From the NCBI GenBank assembly GCA_964057225.1, contig OZ059899.1, forward strand, positions 6,138,001-6,202,000: a stretch of 64,000 nt of DNA, written 5' to 3'. Positions 46,482 through 60,122 of this stretch are shown here, one piece after another; within the stretch, counting starts at the first letter, position 1, and each line of letters opens with the position of its first letter. The position numbers and the translations under genes are program-made. The notes under the pieces are model-generated. The model worked only from the letters and a program-made list of their open reading frames with translations. It was not told the origin of the DNA and did not search any database. The stretch is from Auanema rhodensis. Lineage: Eukaryota; Animalia; Nematoda.

Positions 46482-48850
46482 ATGATAGATTATCAGTTTC
46501 GAGAAAAATTGATGCAGTCGAGAGAGCGGGTAGAAGATCTTTTTTATTTTGAAGGTGCTAAGGTAAGTATAACATGTTTTCAACATAATTTTCAACGTTT
46601 GAAGGTGGGTCGTGGAACTTACGGTCATGTTTTCAAAGCTACTCCCAAAGCACCGTCTGAAAGATACCCTGCAAAAATGTATGCTTTAAAACTAATAGAA
46701 GGGCAAGGGTTATCTATGTCCGCTTGTAGAGAAATTGCATTATTAAGAGAATTAAGGTAATATTAGTTTTATTTGAACGGGAATCAATTCAGTTTTGTTT
46801 AGACATCCTAATCTAATTTGCTTACAACGTGTTTTTTTAACTGTTGAAAGAAAAGTGTGGTTGCTATTGGATTATGCTGAACACGATTTATGGCATATTA
46901 TTAAAAGTCATCGTGCTGCAAGAGCAAAGAAAACTCCTATTATGGTTGCTAAAGCCATGGTTAAAAGTATTTTGTACCAAATTTTGAACGGTAAGTATTT
47001 CTGTTTAAATATAATATTCAACAAAATGTAAAGGGATTCATTATCTACATTCCAATTGGGTTCTTCATCGTGATCTCAAACCTGCTAATATTCTTGTTAT
47101 GGGAGATGGTCCTAGTGGAATGCGCGGAAGGTTTATTTCATGGTTTATATGGTTTAAACATAAATACTTCAGAGTAAAAATAGCTGATATGGGTTTTGCT
47201 AGGATTTTTCAGTCTCCTTTGAAACCGCTTGCTGAGTTAGATCCCGTTGTGGTAACATTTTGGTATCGTGCACCTGAACTTCTATTGGGAGCCAAGCACT
47301 ATTCTAAGGTTTTTTTGTGTTTCTATATACTTATTATATTTTAATTTTAGCCTATTGATGTATGGGCTATTGGCTGTATATTTGTAGAGCTGCTCACAGC
47401 AGAACCAATTTTCTTTTGTAAGGAGGAAGATATTAAAGCTCAAAGTCCATATCACTTTGATCAACTTAAAAGGTAAGACAGCAACTGCAAATACAACAAA
47501 ACTAACATATTCAGAATTTTCACGGTGATGGGATATCCTACAGAAGCTGATTGGCCAGACCTAAAGAAAATGCCTGAATATAATCATCTTCAACAAGATA
47601 TTAAAGCCAATAAGTAAGTTTAATTTCGAATTAAATTCAATAATTTATTTTGCTGTTAAGTGTTAATTTTGCTGGAGCTAGTATGCAACGGTATATTGAG
47701 AAACATAAAGGCGTTGACCATGATAGTCTGCAATATAAGCTTATGCTTAAACTTTTAACTATGGATCCTACAAAGAGAATATCATGCAAAGATGCTATGG
47801 AAGATCCTTATTTCAAAGTAAAGCCTGGAACATGTGGCTATATAACTCAAACTTTTAATAGACTGAACCGAAACAAACTGAAGATGTATTTGGTAAATTT
47901 GAAATCCCGTATTCCAAGCGTGACTTTTTGGTTGATAACGAAAAAAAAGCTGTTCCTCCTCCAGAAGAACCACCTCAACCACCTCCGAACGCACAAGTAG
48001 GTTTTAATGTGCTATTCATTCATGGAAAACTATTAATTAGGAATTGAAATTCAATTCTAACATTCAACCAAATATCCAGGCACAAATGGATGAGCCTTCT
48101 AACAAACGATTACGGTTTAATGCACAGGTTAATCCTTATTTTTAACTTAATTTCAAGGCGTATACGTTTCAGATTGCCCAGCAACCGTTTGGAAACGAAC
48201 AGTATGGTCAAGGAATGCCAATACAAACGCATAATATTATGCAGCAACCCGGCAAGAGTCCAAAACGCTATAAGGAACCCGTGATAATTTGTTACTTTCA
48301 GTGGAAATGGGGCAAATGTTACCTGGACCTAGTCAATACAATCAGCCTATGTATCAAGGACAACAAATGCCGAATCAAATGAATCAACAAATGCCTAATC
48401 AGATGGCAAATCCTATGCCAAACCAGATGCCCAATCAGATGAACCAGCAAATGGCTAGTCAAATGAACATGATGCCTTCAAATCCTCAACCTTATCCTCA
48501 TCCAATGATGTCCAATCAACCTTTACCTAGTCATCAGATTCCAAGTTCCCAGATGAACCAACACGGCCAAATGATGTTGCGACAAGGTCCTATGGGTCCA
48601 GGAGGCTTTCAGGGTGGTCCTCCTAATCAGCAAAATATGATGGCACAAGGTGTGTTTTATAGATAAAATAATCGAAGATAAGTTTTTTTCAGGAGATATG
48701 ATGATGTCTCAGGGTGGTATGCATCCACAGCAACCTATGATGAATATGATGGGTCAGCAACAAGGATATTTACCTCAGCCTGGGCAAATGGGCCACATGA
48801 ATCAAGGAAACCCTTCACAATTGCAAGGACAGTGGAACCGTTATCAGTAG
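46482..48850 (+). CDS. cdk-8: Cyclin-dependent kinase 8 (Mediator kinase module) with a Q/M/P/N-rich C-terminal tail
   Basis: [59 protein letters not shown] and [36 protein letters not shown] are CDK8 diagnostics. Exons are joined by short introns; stop at 48848-48850. Confidence 0.97.
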
Positions 48851-49601
48851 TAAATAGATGAAATTCTCAGTTTTCAATCGTATCTCAAATTAAAATACCT
48901 TTTCTTCTGTACTGTATCTTTTTCAATTATATCTCTTAAACTTACCGTACAGATTTGAACGGCTTCTTGTAATATGCATGGCTTTCCTGAACTTAGCAAC
49001 ACTTACCGGTTCATATCGTAGAATCTCATCTGTTATAAATTGCATATATTCATAATTGTTTTCATATTTCTACTGGTACATTTTTCCTTTATAAACTTTC
49101 ATCTCACTTGTATTTGTGTTTTAGTATACAATGATTAAAAGATAGCGAATGAACACCAAAATTGAGCTGTTTACAAAAAAATAAATGTTCCCGCTCCCCA
49201 ATTCTTCGCTGTTTGCGTCGGCGCCAATGCAGTCCAACAAACATGTGACCTACGAAGGAGGAAAATTATCAGTCTGCGAGTCATAAGCTCCAGTAGTTTG
49301 CTGTACTCGCCTGCAATATTGGTTTTCTATATTTCGGTTTTTTGTTTCCTTAGTTTTAACATGTCAGTCAAATGCATAATTGATTTATCATATTTTCTTC
49401 TATGAATACCTGGTTGAATTGTTTTTGTAGATTAAACTAGACAGTTGTTTTGCTTTGTATTTCACTTTCTTCAACGTTCGCTGGTACTTTCGCAAAGTAT
49501 AAAGATCGTGTTTTCCTCGCTCACTGTTTATCGTGATTTCATAATCGTTGAAGCACCGTTCCCTTCTCACAATTTTATCTAAGTCTTACTAATCCTTTCA
49601 G

Positions 49602-50131
49602 ATGTCTCTCCGTTTAACTTCTGCTGTATCAGTTCCTGCTAAGTAAGTTACTTATAATTAAAAACTCGTTTTAATTTTTTAGTGAATTTAAACAGTATTT
49701 ATTTTCAGACAATTTGTGCGTGCAATGTCAGGTGGTCTTGGTGACGGTGCTGGAAAGGTATAGTAATGAGTAGATTAAAAAAAATTATTAACTCTTAGGG
49801 AGGTGGTAGTGGAGGTTCAATCCGTTCCGCTGGTGGGGCTTTCGGAAAGATGGAAGCTGCTCGCGAGGATCAGTATTTTTACAAGGAGGTTAGTTTATTT
49901 TCATTTCAGTGAATATCTTATATCGAATCTATTTTAGCAAAAGAAGCAAATGGACGAAATGAAAGATGAAATCCTGAAAGAGATTGAGCATCATAGAAAT
50001 GTAAGCTGCTTCATTTTGTCGTCAAATATATAACTCTACAAAATGCTTATTGTCAAGTTATTCTCTTCTTTTAGGCTGTTAAGAGAAACGAGGAACGCCT
50101 TGCTGAACTTCACGAGAAGGCAAAACAGTAA
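49602..50131 (+). CDS. mai-2: Mitochondrial ATP synthase inhibitory factor 1 (IF1)
   Basis: Five exons: presequence MSLRLTSAVSVPAKQFVRAMS, then [33 protein letters not shown] and coiled coil ...KEIEHHRN...KAKQ*. The ATG follows tttcag; AATAAA at 50220-50225. The mai-2 (not mai-1) call rests on the presence of a targeting peptide. Confidence 0.9.
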
Positions 50132-50471
50132 ATCTCATACATGCAGAATATTTTCCTCTGCAAATTGCTTTTTCTCGTTTACAATGTACATTACCATTGT
50201 TGTAAAATAATCTACGTTGAATAAAGTCTTACTGTATTTTTTTTAATCAGAATTTTGATAAATTCAAATTTGACCTCTTTATCCAAAATGATAAAAACCC
50301 ATGCATATCATTTAATATCTGCGCAGCTAGAATTGGCAGTACGCCAAGAGGAAATCGTGTCGGGACCTAAATACCACGCTCTCGGACTAAGACCGATTTT
50401 TTCTATTTTATATATACATATTAGTTAATTCTTTATATTATACGATATAATAATGGGTTTTCAGTTTTTCG

Positions 50472-52424
50472 ATGGAGGAAACAGAGAACCCTGTTCAAAT
50501 CGAAGAAATAGTTGATGATTTGCAACAACAAAGTTCGTCAACCACTCCTCACGAAGACATTGAAGTATGTTAAATAAAAAAATTGTTTTAAATAAGTAAA
50601 TCAACCTAATACTTCTTTGTTCACATTAACAAAATTTTTTTTCACCTTTCAGACGAATGAGCAAGTTAAACCTATGGAAAATTATGGAAATCATAACCAA
50701 GTGCCTGGCCGGCGACTAGTTCGACGAGTTCTTCATCAAGTAATCAAAAATATATTGTCTTTTATATCAAATTTATTAATTTTAGGATATCAATATTGAA
50801 TCTAATGATATTGTTACAAACTCTGATTGCTCACTTCGAAGTCATGATGGTAAATTATTAGTTAGCTCGGATTTGACATCGAACAATGGTGTAAAAAGAG
50901 TTTACATGAGGAGAAAACGAACACCCGAGGGTAAATAATTTTACTTAATACATAGTATTCAGTTTTAATGTTTAGAAATGTTAGCTCAGGATCATTGTAG
51001 TATTCAGCAGCAAGTAGTTTCTCCACAAAGGGTTCCTGGTTTACCTGGAAAACGTGGTGTGTGAATGAGTAATCTGTTATAAATTAAATAAAATTTCAGG
51101 TAGGAGACCGAATTCTTTTGCTTCTGAAGCCGAACCAATTTCGCGTACTGAAGCTGCTCGTCGGAGTGGTCGCCCAACTATTATTCACCCTGTATGTTGA
51201 TTTTTTTTTAATATATTATTAGAGGTATCTATAGCAAGCTTCTTATGCACCATTTTCCGTTCGAATTTCTATCAATATCTTGCATTACATAATTAATATG
51301 TGTCGTAACATATTTTCAATTTATTTTTTAGTCTGGTGTGGAATTTGCCATCCCGATCTCTGTTGAAGCCCACCCTATTCCACTCAGTGATACCATTCCA
51401 GATGCAGCTGCCTATGATATTTTACGAGGTAAAATTTATTTAATAAGATTCTTTCCTCAAGAGCATGTATGCTTGCAGATGATAAGGGTTTGCCATACTG
51501 TACATTTTGTCATTGTGTTTTAAAAACCTGGCATGCCATGGAGTATCATATAATGAATGTCCATTTAAAGTGAGTTTTTAAAATATAAAATATTTAAAAT
51601 TCAATAATTGTAGATATCGTCCTTATCGTTGTATGTATTGTGTCAAAGAATATTTTTATACTGAAGAAGAATGTATTTCACATGTTAAAGGAACTCATGT
51701 TGGAAAACCACTTCATGTATATTTCATATTATTTTATATTAACTGATATTTTATATTAAAGTTTATACGAGAACTTAAAGAAGATAAAGAAGAAGAAGCT
51801 GAGAAGTACTTCTCTGCTTTGTTTTTAATGATTCGTGAAGGCGTAAGTGATCAAGATTAGCAGCGGTGCTTTATATATTTTTGTGTTTTTAGGAACATTT
51901 TAATGAAGAAAGAGTAATGAATATCCAACGTACAGCATATCAACATATGCAACGCTTTCATAGAATGCGTTTCAAAGTGCCTGAAGTAGTAGCCCGACAA
52001 AGGTAGTTTCAGCTTTTAGGTTTTTCCAAAATTTTAGTTTTATAGATCTCAAAGAGATGGAACAGCTCAAACATTTGTAACTATGGCTGCTCCACAAACG
52101 TTGATCTCCTCCTCATTAAAGAATATGTATAGAGAAAGAGACGATATGATGAATCATCATATGAAAATGGTAATTCTATTTTTACATATTTTGGCTTAAA
52201 TAATTTATACAGGTACGTTTATCATCTGGCGAATATGCGGAAGTTGTCCAAAATGTTCACCCCAATAGATATGTAATGAATAGAGATCTGGTAAGAATGT
52301 GGATGGGAAGAAATAAAATACTGACTTTGATTTATAGGAAAGCGCTGATGGTGCTGAGGGAGATTATGACCAAGATCATATAGACGTAGTGGATCATGGG
52401 CTGGATCACCATCCCCATTACTGA
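50472..52424 (+). CDS. Multi-exon C2H2 zinc-finger protein with an AT-hook-like basic motif
   Basis: Spliced frame MEETENPVQ...; PGKRGRRP; fingers CTFCHCVLKTWHAMEYHIMNVH and RPYRCMYCVKEYFYTEEECISHVKGTH; ends ...DHHPHY* at 52422-52424. All junctions are GT-AG. Confidence 0.85.
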
Positions 52425-52774
52425 TTTGTTACTATTATTGCATGTACTAAAAGCACATGTTATATGCTGCATACTAATACTGTTAATTTCTAATACTATA
52501 AAATTTAAGGAGATTTGATTTCGTTATTTTTTTGTGGCTTAATAACCCTGCCTTCATTAAAATCATGTGTATCTTGTATTATAAATATGTTATGCATGTT
52601 CAGGATTACAAAACAAAATAAAAATTTATTTAGAATGTTTTTTATGTCTCGCATTGCAATATAGAAACGATTTATATTATTATATCTTTGATACTTGCTT
52701 TTAAAATTGGGCAATTAAATTGGAGACGTTTTGTTATTAACATTTCTCATCTACGTTAGCTACTCAATGTGAGA

Positions 52775-53774
52775 CTAAAATTTTTTGAGTAATTTGAAAG
52801 CAAAAATTCTGTATTCTTTCAAAAAAGAAATAGATATAACAGTATTTGCAATACGAATTATCGAAAGATGTAAAAAGTAACAGTGACTCTGGTATTTATC
52901 TGTGTAATACTAATGAGCATGATTATGAAAAAAATAGGAAACTTTAAGAATACTATAAGTATAGAGCACTGAAGTTATATATTTTTAATATAATATTAAT
53001 ATTCTATATAATAATACTGAATATGATATTTGTTTTCAAAAATTTAATTAGTATTATTTACCTGTACGAACAATAGTCGTAGTATCCGCCAATGATATTT
53101 TTTACTGTTTTCACTAAGTTTTTTTTCAATTTTCTACAAATGAATAATGAATAAAAACATTCAACATACTATTGATTGTACACATAAACATACTACAGCA
53201 GATCATTGGAATTCGAAGTGCGTCAATCTTTGCAACCTAAATTGAATATTTAAAAAGGTTTACTGATATAGAAGCATAAATATTTTGAAATGTTGATTAT
53301 ACCTCCCCATGAAATAGCGAAATAGTATTTTCCCTTCAATTCAATTTCAGTCTCATCAAATATCAAAATTGATAGTTTTTATTCGAATAGTTCATGAAGT
53401 CATATATCATTTGGATATATGAAACAAGTTTCCAAAATCACGAATGATGAAGCTAAGGAGATTCCTAAGTAATACCAAAGAAGAAAGTCTCAGAAGTTGT
53501 TAAATGTACATGACATACCACCAGAAAAAAAAACAACAAAATAATTAATTTTAATTGTTAACCAAAAAGATAGATCTTGTAACTTGTCTAAATTCCCCGA
53601 ACTGGAATGTCATAAGCTAAACTGAGATTGATGTCAATAATAGCATATATACATAAATAATATTTATATCCAGCTATTTTATTATTAGGGCAACTATATA
53701 TTATATTATATAAATAAATTAAAAATAATGACCAAACTACTTAGGAATACATCATACCCAATCATTGATGTCAT
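52775..53774 (-). pseudogene. Decayed tandem paralog of the adjacent serpentine chemoreceptor
   Basis: Colinear matches to the neighbour: KIAGYKYYLCIYAIIDINLS vs KIGIYKYYLYIYSLIDINLS; VAKIDALRIPMI vs VAEIDVLRIPMI; KKYHWRILRLLFVQ vs KKYHWQIFKLLLVQ; IANTVISISFLKEYR vs IANPIISIYFLQEYR. It carries a frameshift in TM1, in-frame stops (HELFE*KL) and an internal deletion. Confidence 0.85.
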
Positions 53775-54096
53775 TATGATTACTTTTTTATATAATAAAA
53801 TTTGGCTTCAAATTCTAAGAATATTTCAATTAAATTAAGAAATACTTCAGAAACTAAGCTGAATTTATATCAACTTATGTTTTCCTTTGTCTTTCAAATC
53901 AAACATGAGAACAGTCGTATATAAGCATCATTTATTGTATTCGTATTTTCTATTATAATTCTTCATTTTCTAATAAAACATTTTCTAAATATAAATTAAT
54001 AAAAATACAGATAAGGATAATGTGTACAAGATTTTTAACATAATACGAAGAAAAGGATAAAGATAGCTACCCGTTTAAATACTTTTTCAGAGAAGC

Positions 54097-55324
54097 TTAG
54101 GTTGGCTTATGAATGATATGTACTGTGGATATATCATGAAGTGATGGAGCTGGCTTATTTGAAAAGATTCGTTTGAACTTTCTACATACATATGTTCGAT
54201 ACTCTTGTAAGAAATAGATGGATATGATAGGATTAGCTATCGGAAGCAGTACTTGAGCTATAGCGGCAAATATCTCAGCATAACGAGGCATTGAAATATG
54301 TATTGCTATTGTATAAATATAAAGAGATAACAAGGGAGCAAGAAAAAATATTGTTGGTAAACCACACTGAAATATATTTTAAATGAAAATATTCATTACA
54401 CAATACATTATTTTATATAAATTAGTTAAGAGACTTACTTGAACCAGTAATAACTTGAATATTTGCCAATGATATTTTTTTGCTTGCTCACTTTGTTCTC
54501 TACTTTGTCTTAATTTTATTAAAATTCCACATGAGCAAAACATAATGAGCATCAAATCTGATGCTATAATCGCTATATTGGCATATATCATAGGTATTCT
54601 TAAAACATCTATTTCAGCTACCTAAAAATAAAAAAAATATTTAAAATGATTAAAATTATATATATATACATCAGCTGATATTCCTAAATAATAATGTTGA
54701 CTTAAATTAATTCCACTAGCTTCATATACGAAAGGTAACAGTTTCTCTTCAAACATTGGATGTGGACCAATACCATAATGAATTGATACACACCATGCGA
54801 TGAAAACGAAAACATTTATAACAACAAGGAATGACATATAGACATATCTTGAATATTCTTTATTACGTTGTAATCTGAATTGAGTAATGTGTAAATGAGA
54901 TAGAATACTTTCATTCTTTACGTATTTAGCAGAGTATAACGATATACAAAACAATTTCCAAGTATTATTATAAGGCTAACTAGAGAAACACTATGATAAT
55001 ATACAGATACAGAACTCCAAAAATAATTAAAATTATTTGCAATTCCACTTGGAATTAAAACTAAAAAATAATCATGTTCAAAAATCATCTGAAAATATAT
55101 TTATATATTTATATGTATATATTTAATAAATTATTATTCATTACCGGTACATTTATAAGAAATGAAATTGAAAGATTAATATCAATTAATGAATATATAT
55201 ATAAATAATATTTATAAATACCAATTTTAGTGGATGAACAACGATAGATTATTAGCACAAAAATTAAATTAAAAAGAACAGCTAATGTACACATTACCAT
55301 AGTAAATACAATCATCAATTCCAT
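54097..55324 (-). CDS. Nematode serpentine 7TM chemoreceptor (Str/Srd-like superfamily)
   Basis: Four exons with multiple hydrophobic helices and the typical motifs IGIYKYYL, FVYRY, KKYHWQIFKLLLVQ and PIANPIISIYFLQEYR. Confidence 0.88.
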
Positions 55325-55900
55325 TTTTGACTCCAGGATTTTAGCTTGATCTGAAGAAATAAAAGAAATATATTAAAAAGAAATATTAATAGAAATAAAG
55401 TAATAATAAAATATTTATTTATATGAAGAATGATAGAGAATTACACAAAATATGACAACTAAATAACTAAAAGGATATGTTTCTTATATTTATATAGACA
55501 TTGATCAGTAGAAATAATATCATAAAAACAACTGTTAAAGATTAGTTATTTGATATCAAATATTATTTTCATATTTGGTTCATTTCTAATCATATACTGT
55601 TCTATTGAAAATGAAATGGAACACCCATTTAGCAGTTAACATATGAAAATGTCTCAACCCATTCCTTATATGAATCCAACTTCCTATTGAGAAATGTTTT
55701 AAATTAGTTTATATTCTTTCCTTTTTACAATTTTTTGATTTAATAAATACTAAAATATTTTATTAGATAATACATATATATATATATATATATATGTGTG
55801 TATTATAAATGTTTTATGTTTAATAGATTGAACATGAAAACAACTTATTAATTTCTACATCATATCACAGATTCGTTTTCATCTATATTATTATACAATC

Positions 55901-58900
55901 TTATTCAAGTGTTATGGCATGTTGATCATAGGCTGGATAATTTGTTGGACGAATGTATAACCAAGCATCACCAACTGGAGATCCATTCCAATAAAGATAT
56001 GTGGATTCATCAGAATCATCAGGTATGTTATCACATGAGAATCGGACCTAAGCAGGGTTCATGAGATATTAGGTTTAGAAATCATATACTTACTCCATTA
56101 AGATCAGCAGAACCACATCTTACAGTTGTATCAAACCAAAATCCTGTATTTTGGAATGAGTTTGAACAATGTTCTAAAATCATATCACAATAGTTATATT
56201 ATATGATATGAATCTTACTTAAGCTTGAATCTCTGTCATAAGTAGTGAATTGTGGCCCAGGTTCACTGAGTTTCCATCTAGCCCAACCATCCTTGTAGTC
56301 AGCAGCAGAACCTTGACAAGTCTAAGAAATTTCAGTTAAAGAGAATAATTAAAAGAACAGTTTACAAATGGAATAGTAACAGTATAATTGGATGATGAAT
56401 CATCTACTTTGAATGATTGATAGTGACAGTATTTATCCTGCGCTTTCATATTATTTTCAGCACAATAATGTAATTTTACATATAAGCTGAATATATTGGA
56501 TATTATATTAAGATAACTGCAATAAAAACACCTGGTAGGGGTAAATGTTGTGATTCTATTAATCCAGTCTAGACCAAGCCAAACATTTGCAACGGAAGAA
56601 TCTCCAAATCCATCCTTAAAGTGTAAAAACATTTAAACAATTATTCTATATTTGTATCTTACTTGATATTGTTTATATGTTTTGTTCTCCATTAAATTAG
56701 AATCAGAATGAGACATTAAAGTCCATCCACCTTGTGCTCCATTTTCTAATAAAGTACAAATAGCTTAATATTTGTTTGCAAAATTTAAATTGATACCCGT
56801 GATTTCCATATCACAATAGACATTAACACCAACCGCAGATGGAAGCCCATCAGCTGTTGGAGGATAGATTCTGCAAAGAAAAAAAAAGGAAAAATAAAAG
56901 CATTAAATCTAAATTGCTTACTTATAAACTCCTGAAGTTCGAGCTCCAATATATTTATAATAATCAGCACAATGCCTTCTTGGGGAATAATTTTCGCAGT
57001 CATTGCCACCAAAGTATACGTTACAAGTACAGTTATATGATCCTGAATAAATTTAAATTATTTTTAAAAATAAAAGAAATAATATTTGAAATGAACATAT
57101 TTTTCTATAAATTGATGTTTCTTACCAATTGTGTTTGTGCATATTCCATTACCAGTGTTTGCACCACAGGTAGTAGGATCGAGACATTCATTAATATCTT
57201 CACAAGTAATTCTAAAAAATAGTATATATATTATATATATTCAACTTATAAACTTTAAAATGACTTACCCATCACCTTTAAAGCCATGGTTACAGACACA
57301 ACCTACATGTCCGTCCCAGGACAACGTACATGTTGCATATTGTGAGCACCTGTTAACCTGAATAAGTTTGATATAAAATTTTTAGAAAAAAATATTGAAT
57401 TACTTGACTCTTGTAAATACCCTTATCACATTCAGCAACAGCTGAACAGTTTCCAATAATCCATGGCTGATTTGCTAAAATATATCAAAGTTTTATGAAA
57501 AAATGAATATATATATATATACGTGGATGGAAATTTCCAGAAGGATCAGTGCATCCACATTTCTCTACTGGAATACATGTCACGATTCCAAGTTGGGTAT
57601 TATCAAGAACATATCCTTGATCACATGTACATCCCTCAGTACAAGCTAAAAAAATTCAGTTTAAATTTAGCAATTGGAGATGTAATTACGGTAATCGCAG
57701 AATTCTGGAGCATCTTGATCTGCGCAAGTTGCCGGACACGATGAAGAACAATCAGAATAATGAGAATTGGGTGGGCATTGCAATGCACAAGAAATTGATT
57801 CACTTGTTCTCCAGTTGTTAAGGTTGACATCTAAAATTCAACATGAATCTCTTTCAAGTTAATGATGAAAATCCTACTTGGAAACATGTTTTGGCAAGTT
57901 CTAACAAAGGTGGTCAGGTAGTCGCACTTTGGATATTCGTGACAGACATCAAAAACACAATTGTCAAACCAATTCTATATTGTAAGATAAATTTCAATTC
58001 TATGATTTAGATATATGCTAACCAAGATAACATCACTGGTCATATTAATACATGCTCCAAGTGGTCCACCTCCAGTAGCAGCTTCTTGAATGGCCATACA
58101 TTTCTTTTGAGCTTTTTCATTATCCTGAAGTACAATTTCCTGAGAAACAATCTAACCAAATTTTTGATCGGGCTTTATGGAAATATAACTTACACAGTTA
58201 GAATTATTTCTAATAGTTTCTCCTTTAACACAAACTGGGTCAACATCTTTGAGCATAAGAAAATCGTCGGTAATCCAAGTATCTATGGCACGATTCATTT
58301 CTAATGAGGTTTCTGGTGTTGGCATATGGCGAGAAACAATTTTGAATACAGTTCCATTTCTAAAATATATTTTATAAAAAATATATTTAAATAGTATTAT
58401 ATGTATATAATCTTTTTAAATATATGAATGCATATATTGTTTGATAAAATGATTATAGAATTAGACATGTAAGTAGTACCTATATCGAATATCATTTTTA
58501 TAATTTTTATCAAAGTTTCCAGCTGCACCACAAAGTGTATCATTACCACTTAAAGCTTGTGGTACCTTTAAAGTAGAATATGATAATCTCTACTAATCTT
58601 AAATAATAACAAACCGAAACACAAAGTTTTCCATAAGTGAATGTTACCGTTATCTTCTGATTAGAAGAAATTATGTAATTTCCTCCGCTATGTTTAACCG
58701 AATACTGTAAAAATTATATATTATACATAGAATATAATCAATTTCTTTTGTTTTACTCACTCTAATTGCATTCTTTGCTGGCCAATAGAATGGAACATTA
58801 CTTAAAACACCGTTAATGAAAAGACGTTTTTTAATTCCATCAACATGAATTTTTTGTCCATAGAATGTTACTTCAACTTCAGAAGGCACAGATACACTAT

Positions 58901-60122
58901 AATAGATAATAATATTTTAAAGTTGTTAATAGATATTGTATTACTCGCTGTAAATTTGATGATTCTTAGCGACAACTCTAAAATCGTAGAAACCGCTGCT
59001 ATTGCATGGATAGGTATAATCATAAGGACACGTTCCTTTAAATAATTTTCAATAATAAGAATTTTCTGAATGAAATTTGTAATATTTACCTTGATAATCA
59101 TAATAAAGTCCATCAAAAGTGGTGTAATGAGGATCACCGTTCACACAAGATTCAACTGTTTTGAAGTTACAAGATTTTTTTGGGTTTCCTGTTCGAAGTT
59201 ATATAATTTGTTCTAAAATATATAATATACCTGTTGAACCATAAGGGCAAATGCAGTTAATTTGATGATTAGAAACATAACAACTTGCTCCGACTCCACA
59301 AGAGTTTTCTTTACAAACTATTGGAATTTCACAATTATTTCCACCAAAGTTATCAGGACAGAGACAGCTAAAAATTACATTTTAACAATTTTAAATGAAT
59401 ATTTCTTACAAATATCTAGTCCAAGGATTTTTTGGATCAACTATACATTGTCCAGAGTTACATGGGTTTGATGAGCAAATATTACAATTACCATCAGTTG
59501 CCTATAATATGAAATATATTATTTAAATAATATTATTATATTATTATACATCTTGTGCTGCATTTCCTTTCCAGAAAGAAGCTTGCTGAAAAGTTACATA
59601 TTAAAATTTAATAGATAACTGATCAAAATACGAAATGAAATCATTTTAAAGATTAAAAGAATACTGATAAATGAATTGAAGATCAAATTTTCGTATTTTG
59701 TTTACATTAAAGCTTAAAATAGTAATAAAAGTTTAATTTAACTTTATAATTTCAAATCATATGATATATATATATATATATATATAATATTAGTGATTTT
59801 GTTCACATTATTTAATTAAACTAACTAAATATTCATTTTGAGATGTGCGAAGCTCATTCTTTTCTTCTTTTAAATCCAAAACCATCTGCAAGAGATCTTC
59901 TCTAGATGCACAAGAGAGGTCATCGCACCTAAAATATAACTTTCCATTTAGAAAATATATGAATTCATTTGAAAAATTTGTTTATACTTGATTAGGCAAA
60001 AGAAATATCGAAAGTTTTAGTAGAGTATCATGATGATTTTGAAGAAATTTGAAAGAAACTTACGGCAGCTGTTGCTGTGCATATGTACAAGCAACGAGCA
60101 ATATCAGAGCAAAATACTTCAT
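55901..60122 (-). CDS. Secreted EGF + VWD + C8/TIL + calcium-binding EGF + fibrinogen C-terminal domain protein (architecture recalled for C. elegans T01D3.6)
   Basis: Signal peptide MKYFALILLVACTYA; EGF CSSNPCNSGQC..CLCPDNFGGNNCE; VWD GDPHYTTFDG..YDYQGTCPY and LCGAAGNFD; TIL CPPNSHYSDCSSSCPATC..CTEGCTCDQGY; cbEGF DINEC; fibrinogen-like YCDM..GGWTL..WLGLD. Stop at 55901-55903. Confidence 0.9.

Noticed and set aside
56785-59471. Plus-strand and off-frame ORFs over the VWD/fibrinogen gene
   Set aside because: They are antisense or out-of-frame shadows of real minus-strand exons.
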